Positions 54,401-63,400 of a DNA stretch of 64,000 nucleotides are shown one piece after another. Source of the stretch: Lama glama. Lineage: Eukaryota. The notes under the pieces were generated by a model. It saw nothing but the letters and a program-made list of their open reading frames with translations. It did not search any database and had not been told where the DNA came from. Where the stretch lies: positions 44,640,001 to 44,704,000 of the forward strand of contig CM052820.1 of the NCBI GenBank assembly GCA_028534125.1. Reading direction: 5' to 3'. Each line of letters starts with the position of its first letter. The first letter of the stretch is position 1. The position numbers were made by a program, and so were the translations under genes.

Positions 54401-57400
54401 TAAAAATAACAGGTATGTTTTAAGAACAAAGAAAACCTACATTTCCATATTAGTTTTCCTAGAATAGTGTGAATCATTCTAATTATTATTTAATTTTTAG
54501 TGCTTTTGGTTCACACCTCAAATAATTCACACTATATACCACAAAATGAAATCTTACTGACAGAGTTTTTCATTGATTAAAAAAAGTAGAAATTGACATA
54601 GCTGGAATTGGATAATACATGTTGAATATTTTATATATATGTTTAAGTATATTATATATACGTTTAAGCATAACTGAATTTGAATTTGACTGCACAATAT
54701 CGTGTGAGTGTGCAGAAACCGTGATATTTCTTACAAAATTGTTCATCTCATTCCTCATTTTTATACCTATGATAAATATGGGATAAATTTTACCATTTAA
54801 CCTGGTCATTTGACAACTTGATTTGAATGCTATGATATGGAATGGCAAAGCCTGGGCAAGTGTGGCTTGGTTCAGAAGCCAAACTAGTCATACAAAAAGT
54901 AAGAAAGACTCAAATCAAAGTAACTATATGGCCTTCATTTAAAATTTTTCTTTTGACAATGCAGGAAGAACACATGTGGGGGAAAAATGTTTCATAATCT
55001 TCCCTTTCTTCTGATGTTTTACTTTCTTAGAAAAACCAAGCCCACCTGAAAAACTTGGAGTAACAAGTGTATCCAAAGACAGTGTTTCCCTGACCTGGTT
55101 GAAGCCAGAACATGACGGTGGAAGCAGAATTGTACATTACGTCATTGAAACACTAGAAAAAGGACAGAAAAACTGGGTTAGATGTGCCGTGGTGAAGTCA
55201 ACCCATCATGTTATTTCTGGTCTGAGGGAGAATGCTGAGTACTTTTTCCGAGTGTTCGCTGAAAATCAGGCTGGTCTGAGTGACCCAAGAGAGCTGCTGC
55301 TTCCTGTTCTCGTTAAGGAGAAGCTAGGTATGTCTAATTTTATAAAGAAGCAAAATTTGAAATTATTTGCATTGATTTAATTTTTAAAAACTCTTTTTCA
55401 CCTTCATCTGCCATACTCTTATTTTTCAGAACCACCTGAAATAGACATGAAGAATTTCCCAAGCCACACCGTCTATGTTAGAGCTGGTTCAAACCTTAAA
55501 GTTGACATTCCAATTTCTGGAAAACCACTGCCCAAAGTGACCTTATCAAGAGATGGTGTCCCCCTGAAAGCAACCATGAGATTTAATACTGAAATTACTG
55601 CCGAGAACCTGACCATCAATCTCAAAGAAAGCATTGCTGCTGATGCTGGAAGATATGAGATCACTGCCGCCAACTCCAGTGGAACAACCAAAGCTTTCAT
55701 TAACATCGTCGTACTGGACAGGCCTGGTCCCCCAACTGGCCCTGTTGTGATTAGTGATATAACTGAACAAAGTGTGACTCTCAAATGGGAGCCTCCTAAG
55801 TATGATGGCGGAAGTCAGGTTACCAATTACATTGTACTCAAGAGAGAGACAAGTACCGCAGCATGGACTGAAGTGTCTGCGACAGTTGCAAGAACNNNNN
55901 NNNNNNNNNNNNNNNNNNNNNNNNNNNNNNNNNNNNNNNNNNNNNNNNNNNNNNNNNNNNNNNNNNNNNNNNNNNNNNNNNNNNNNNNNNNNNNNNNNNN
56001 NNNNNNNNNNNNNNNNNNNNNNNNNNNNNNNNNNNCAGAGATCCCAGGTTTCCCTTTAAATATTTTAAATGTCTATGTTAACTTATGGGACTTCTCTCTT
56101 TTATAGCAACACCTGGACCGCCATCTACACCATGGGTCACTCATGTTACTCGAGAAAGCATCACTGTGAGCTGGCATGAACCAGTGTCCAGTGGAGGCAG
56201 TGCAGTTACAGGATATCACCTGGAAATGAAAGACAGAAACAGTGTCTTATGGCAAAAAGTCAACAAAATGGTCATCCGCACAACTCACTTCAAAGTCACA
56301 ACGATCAGTGCCGGACTTATCTATGAATTCAGGGTGTATGCAGAAAATGCTGCTGGTATTGGAAAACCCAGCCATCCTTCCGAACCAGTCCTAGCCATTG
56401 ATGCCTGTGGTATGTATTTTTCACAAGGAGGACAGTTCTGATTGCTTAAAAAAATGCAAACCTTATTTCTGCAGAGCAAAATAATGACATAAATGCCACT
56501 AATCTGCTTTCTGTTATTACCACAGAACCCCCAAGAAATGTCCGTATCACTGATATTTCAAAGAACTCTGTCAACCTTTCATGGCAACAACCAGCTTTTG
56601 ATGGAGGAAGCAAGATTACAGGCTACATCATTGAGAGACGAGATCTTCCAGATGGCAGATGGGCCAAGGCCAGCTTTACCAATGTCACCGAGACTCACTT
56701 CACCGTCTCTGGCTTGACTCAGAACTCCCAGTATGAATTCCGTGTCTTTGCTAGAAATGCCGTTGGATCCATCAGCAATCCATCTGAGGTTGTAGGTCCC
56801 ATTACTTGCGTCGATTCTTACGGTAAGCACGTTTAGCACTTTGAATCTCAACAGCAATTTAACTTAGTATTTTGTCTTATGGGTCCTAATCTATAGGATA
56901 ACTTTCACTGTGCACCTTAGTTAGATTATAAGAAATTATGAACTAGCTGGGAGTCTTAGGAAAATTCCTTAACCCCTCTTTAGGCCTCCTAACTTCACTG
57001 TAAAACATGAGATTTAGACTACAGGATAGCTAAAGGCTTTCGAGCTTCAACCTTTTATGATTCTTTGATTGTATGAGTTGCTGCTTTCACATTTTTACTT
57101 TAAATTTTCACCGTCAATAATAAAATCATGGTTGAATGCCCAGAGAATATTCCTCTTAAATAAGTGAAAGACTAAACAGAGTCATTAATGGTGATAATAT
57201 TAGCAGTAGCTAACATTTACTCGGTACTTTCCATGAATTCTCTCCCCTACTTCTAACAGCCTTAATGTTAACCAGTTTTACAGAAGAGAAACTGAGGTTT
57301 AGAGTACTTATATCCTTTCCCCAACATCAGGCAGCTCACTGATGACAGAGTGAGGACTCCCAGAGACAGAATGCAGAATTCTCTCTACATTGCTGTCAGC

Positions 57401-60400
57401 CCAAAACACACATACTTGACCATTCTGGAAAATAAGTGGCACACTAAACTGAACAGAGTCTTAAAAATTAAAACTTCACAAGAATTCACCCTACAACACT
57501 TTTTCTAAAAGTCCCCCATTTTCAAGGAGGAGTCTCTATGGTGTCTGAGCTAAAGCATCCACTCCCGTCCTCACGCTGGGAATCCCAGGGCTTCTCTGTA
57601 TGAACCAGGCTTTGTGAACTGTGCATCAGTACTTGGGAGACTGCAAAACAAGTCACATTTCATTCTGTTTCTTAAAAGTTCCAAGCAGCCTGACAGAAAA
57701 TCAGTCCAGTGAAGTACAGAGTTCTGTGAGTAGGAAATTCATAACTCAACAGACCAACATGACTGCCCCCACTTAGATACCAGTGAACTGGGAAGGGAAA
57801 CTAAGAAGAATAGGAGGTGCTTAGAGGAAGAGGAGGGAGGACCTAGAATGAGAGAAAATGTAGAATGCAGCTTCTCCAATGATGTTCTCACTGCTGTATC
57901 CCATTTTATCATTGGAATAAAACACCTCAGAGACTTTAAAGTACCTTTCAAAGGCATTGAAGTCCCTGTGCAATTACTGCAGTGTCACTGGGGTACGAAG
58001 CTTGCTCACCATTTTTCTTCCCTATCTGGGAGAGAAGAGCGGCTTATAAAGCTTAAATGTAAATGTACAGGATCAGAACTACTGTTTGTGTGTATGTTAA
58101 TTCATAAAGGCCAGGGAGCTTACTTTGAAGTTGTTGCCATTATTTTTTTAATCCTTATAATCTTTTAAATATTTCTCATCTGTTTTTCTTGCAGGTGGAC
58201 CTGTGATTGATTTGCCTCTAGAATATACAGAAGTTGTCAAATACAGAGCAGGTACATCTGTGAGGCTCAGAGCTGGCATTTCTGGCAAACCTGAGCCTAC
58301 AATTGAGTGGTATAAAGATGATAAAGAGTTACAAACCAGTGCACTGGTGTGTGTTGAAAATACCACTGACCTTGCATCTATACTCATCAAAGAGACAAAT
58401 CGCCTTAATAGTGGAAGCTATGAGTTAAAACTAAGGAATGCCATGGGTTCAGCCTCGGCCACCATCAGAGTGCAGATCCTTGGTAGGTGCTGAGTACAGG
58501 CCAACATCATATTTTGTTTGCCTAAAACTTAATCACTTTAAATTAGAAGACTTTTAAAATTGACTAATACAGCGTTTTGTTCTCTCACTGACAGACAAAC
58601 CAGGACCTCCAGGTGGACCGATTGAGTTTAAGACCGTCACCGCCGAAAAGATAACTCTTCTCTGGCAGCCTCCAGCGGATGACGGTGGTGCCAGAATCAC
58701 TCACTACATCGTGGAGAAGCGTGAAACAAGCCGCGTGGTATGGTCTATGGTGTCCGAACATTTGGAAGAGTGCATCATTACAACCACCAAAATTATCAAA
58801 GGAAATGAATACGTCTTCCGGGTTCGAGCTGTGAACAAATATGGAATTGGTGATCCACTGGAATCTCATCCAGTGGTAGCAAAGAATGCATTCGGTGAGC
58901 CATGGTTGCATCAGAAAAAGAAAATCAAACTTTTGTAAATGTAACAATACATATCAGCTATTCGCTAGCTTATGAAGATGTTTTCAGAGCTTGATTGATT
59001 TTTATTTTCTTGTGCCCCATATCTCTTCTCATTATCATTTTTTTCACAAGGTGGAAAGTATAATAAATGAGTCTAGTATTCTTAGCTAGGATTTGAAGAT
59101 TAAAATATAGAATTTATCAGTAATGTTCATCCTTTAAATTCATTTTCCTCTTCCTTTCTAAACAGTTACACCTGGGCCTCCAAGCGTGCCAGAGGTGACA
59201 AAGATTACCAAGAATTCAATGACAGTTGTCTGGAGCAGGCCAGTTGCAGATGGCGGTAGTGAAATAAGTGGCTATATCCTTGAGAAACGAGACAAGAAGA
59301 GTCTGGGATGGTTTAAAGTCCTAAAGGAGACTATCCGTGACACCAGACAGAAAGTGACAGGACTCACAGAAAACAGTGACTATCAGTACCGTGTTTGTGC
59401 TCTAAATGCTGCTGGACATGGTCCATTTTCTGAACCATCTGACTTCTACAAAGCCGCCGATCCTATTGGTAAGTGTGGTGTCTTCACCTGTGTCTTCTTT
59501 CTTGTCGCCAAATTGTACATGATCACATAACTACTGTATTGTGAATGGCCGTTCCAGATCCTCCAGGCCCACCAGCTAAGATAAGAATTGCAGATTCAAC
59601 TAAATCATCCATCACTCTTGGCTGGAGTAAACCTGTCTATGATGGGGGCAGTGCTGTTACCGGATATGTTGTTGCGATGAGACAAGGAGAGGAAGAGGAA
59701 TGGACTGTTGTCTCTGCCAAGGGAGAGGTCAGAACTACAGAATATGTGGTATCTAACCTGAAGCCCGGAGTTAATTACTACTTCCAGGTATCCGCTGTAA
59801 ACTGTGCTGGACAAGGAGAACCTATAGAAATGACTGAACCCGCACAAGCTAAAGATATACTTGGTACGTACCAACTGGTGTGACTGTGTTTTTATTTTTT
59901 TTAATAGAGTACTTCCAGGAAATCACTCATTTTCATGCATTAAAATTCATTATCCATGTCCATTTTATGTCTATAGAGGAACCAGAGATCGACCTGGATG
60001 TGGCTCTCAGGACCTCCATTATAGCTAAAGCTGGTGAAGATGTGCACGTGTTTATTCCCTTCAAAGGCAGACCTCCTCCTACTGTCACATGGAGAAAAGA
60101 TGAGAAGAATCTTGGCAGTGACGCCAGATACAGCATTCAAAACACTGATTCATCTTCATTACTCATTATTCCTCAAGTCACTCGCAATGATACAGGCAAA
60201 TATATCCTCACAATAGAAAATGGAGTTGGTCAACCAAAGTCTTCAACTGTGAATGTTAAAGTGCTCGACACACCAGCTGCTTGCCAGAAACTACAGGTTA
60301 AACATGTTTCTCGAGGCACAGTCACTTTGCTTTGGGAGCCTCCTCTCATTGACGGAGGATCTCCCATCATCAATTACATCATTGAGAAGAGAGATGCCAC

Positions 60401-63400
60401 CAAGAGAACATGGTCTTCAGTGTCACACAAATGTTCCAGCACATCCTTTAAGGTGACAGATTTGTCAGAGAAAACTCCATTCTTCTTCAGAGTTCTTGCA
60501 GTAAATGAAATTGGAATCGGGGAACCCTGTGACACTACGGAGCCAGTGAAGGCTGCTGAAGTACCAGCTCCTATACGCGACCTCTCAGTGAAAGATTCAA
60601 CAAAGACATCTGTTACGCTGACCTGGACCAAGCCAGACTTTGATGGTGGTAGTGTCATCACAGACTACATTGTGGAAAGGAAAGGCAAAGGTGAACAAGT
60701 GTGGTCACATGCTGGCATAAGTAAGACATGTGAAATAGAGGTTAGCCAACTCAAGGAACAGTCAGTCCTGGAATTCAGAGTGTCTGCCAAAAATGAGAAA
60801 GGACTGAGTGATGGTGTCACTATTGGGCCAATTACAGTGAAAGAACTTGTGATTACACCTGAAGTTGACCTGTCAGAAATCCCTGGAGCACAAGTCAGTG
60901 TGAGAATTGGGCATAATGTGCACCTTGAATTACCTTATAAAGGAAAACCCAAACCATCTATCAGTTGGTTAAAAGATGGTTTGCCACTGAAAGAGAGCGA
61001 ACGTGTTCGTTTAAGTAAAACTGAAAACAAACTTACTCTGAGTATTAAGAATGCTAAGAAGGAGAATGGAGGGAAATACACCATTATCCTTGATAACGCA
61101 GTTTGTCGAAACTCATTTCCCATTACAATCATCACACTTGGCCCACCATCAAAGCCCAAAGGACCCATTCGATTCGATGAAGTCAAGGCTGACAGTGTCA
61201 TCATGTCATGGGATGTGCCAGATGATGATGGAGGAGGAGAAATTACTTGTTACAGCATTGAGAAGCGAGAAGCTTCACAAACTAATTGGAAGATGGTGTG
61301 TTCGAGCGTGGCCCGGACAACTTTCAAAGTTCCTAATCTGGTCAAAGATGCTGAATACCAGTTCAGAGTTAGGGCAGAAAACAGATACGGAGTCAGCGAG
61401 CCACTTGTGTCAAACCTTATTGTGGCAAGACATCAGTTCAGGATTCCTGGCCCCCCAGGAAAGCCAGTTACATACAATGTAACTTCTGATGGCATGTCAC
61501 TAACTTGGGATGCTCCAGTTTATGATGGCGGCTCAGAAGTTACTGGATACCATGTTGAGAAGAAAGAAAGAAATAGCATCCTCTGGCAAAGACTTAATAC
61601 ATCACCAATATCTGGAAGAGAATATAGAGCTACTGGACTAATGGAAGGCCTGGATTACCAGTTCCGTGTATACGCTGAAAATTCTGCTGGCCTAAGCTCA
61701 CCTAGTGACCCAAGCAAATTTACCTTAGCTGTTTCCCCAGTAGGTAAGTGACTGAGAATTATTCAAATCTATTTAATTCAGCAACTGAATGTACTAGTGA
61801 CAAATCGAACACAGCTTTTCTTTTATGTTACCACCTTTTCACATATCTTATCACTAGAGAGCTGGTCAAGTAAAACAAGGGAGATGATTTTAAATTAGTC
61901 TAATAAGGTAATTGAGAGTTCTTTTTTTTAAGACTCCGATACAATAAAAAAAATTGCAATTAATGGCTAAAATGAATTCAGGTGATTTATCCACTTTATT
62001 TTTCTTCCACTGAGGATTAAGAGTTGATTACAGAAATAATGACACTTTTAACTTCCATATAATTTATTTAGACCCACCTGGCACTCCTGACTACATTGAT
62101 GTCACCCGGGAAACCATCACACTTAAGTGGAACCCACCGTTGCGTGATGGAGGCAGTAAGATTGTGGCCTACAGCATTGAGAAACGGCAAGGGAGCGATC
62201 GCTGGACTCGATGTAACTTTACCGATGTCAGCGAATGTCAGTACACGGTTACAGGACTTAGTCCTGGGGATCGATACGAGTTCAGGATAATTGCAAGAAA
62301 TGCTGTTGGAACTATAAGCCCGCCCTCACAGTCTTCTGGCGTTATTATGACAAGAGATGAAAATGGTAAGCGTTTACAACTGATTTCCAGTGTCACTAAG
62401 AGCATGTATGTTTTTTAAAAAATATTTTAGCCCCTAATCTGTAAAATGGGAACAGAAACAACATCTCATACAGATTACCAAAGGCTGTTACGTGGATGAA
62501 TTAGATGTTCTACTTTTCAGATGAAGAGAAAAAACATGTAATTAGTATCAATTCTTTTTACCATGTCTGTTATTTCATTCCCTTTCCAAATAAACAGCAT
62601 GCAGGTGGGAATGAGTTTTTAGCTTTGTAATTTCAGACACTGAAAATCAAGGGAAAAGCTCTCAAAAAGAACTGTCCATCTCTTCTGAAGTTACTAAAAT
62701 ACAACACAGATCCAACAGCACAACCATCGCCTTGCTTGAGTGCAGCTGATGGCCTCCTACAGAAACAAGCAGTATTAGGAAGTAAATGATCTGTAAATGT
62801 TTTGTTTCTCAATTTACAAATGGCAATGCAAGATTAATAACATGACAGACATCAGCAAAGGAGATAACCCAATAATATGCAAATGTTTAACCCCACAATC
62901 TAAATTCTCAATTATTTAGTCCTACTTTCAAAATAGCCCTTAGTGACACAGTATAAGCATTACCCTTCCAGGCTTTAGGATATGGTACCAATGAAAAACA
63001 TGGTTATTTATGTCTTTATTAAGCCAAACTAATGTATATTATTTCTATTTCTTTTATAGTTCCACCAATAGTAGAGTTTGGCCCTGAGTACTTTGATGGT
63101 GTCACTATTAAGTCTGGAGAGAATCTCAGAATTAAAGCTTTGGTGCAAGGACGACCAGTACCTCGAGTAACTTGGTACAAAGATGGAGAAGAAATTGAAA
63201 AGAAGATGAAAATAGAAATAACAGATGTCCTTGGATCCACCAGCATCTTTGTTAGAGATGCTACTCGGGACCATCGTGGTGTATACACAGTGGAAGCCAA
63301 AAATGCATCTGGCTCCACAAAGGCAGAAATTAAAGTGAAAGTACAAGGTACTCCTAAAATAGCTTCTTAATCTTACAGTTTACAGGACCTGGATTAAAGA

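Noticed and set aside
37294-54423. 5,709-aa ORF as a standalone single-exon gene or processed pseudogene
   Set aside because: It is bounded by a canonical acceptor (37306) and donor (54413) in phase with the flanking exons; it is exon 326.
57848-58168. 106-aa + strand intronic ORF as an extra titin exon
   Set aside because: No Ig/Fn3 features or convincing in-phase splice pair; its hydrophobic end is just the T-rich tract before exon 331.
376-63346. Many minus-strand ORFs over exons (e.g. 43800-44486, 50403-50987) as antisense genes
   Set aside because: Most are mirror frames of titin codons (GGPGG opposite PPGPP), repeat with each domain, or are extended by N-runs.
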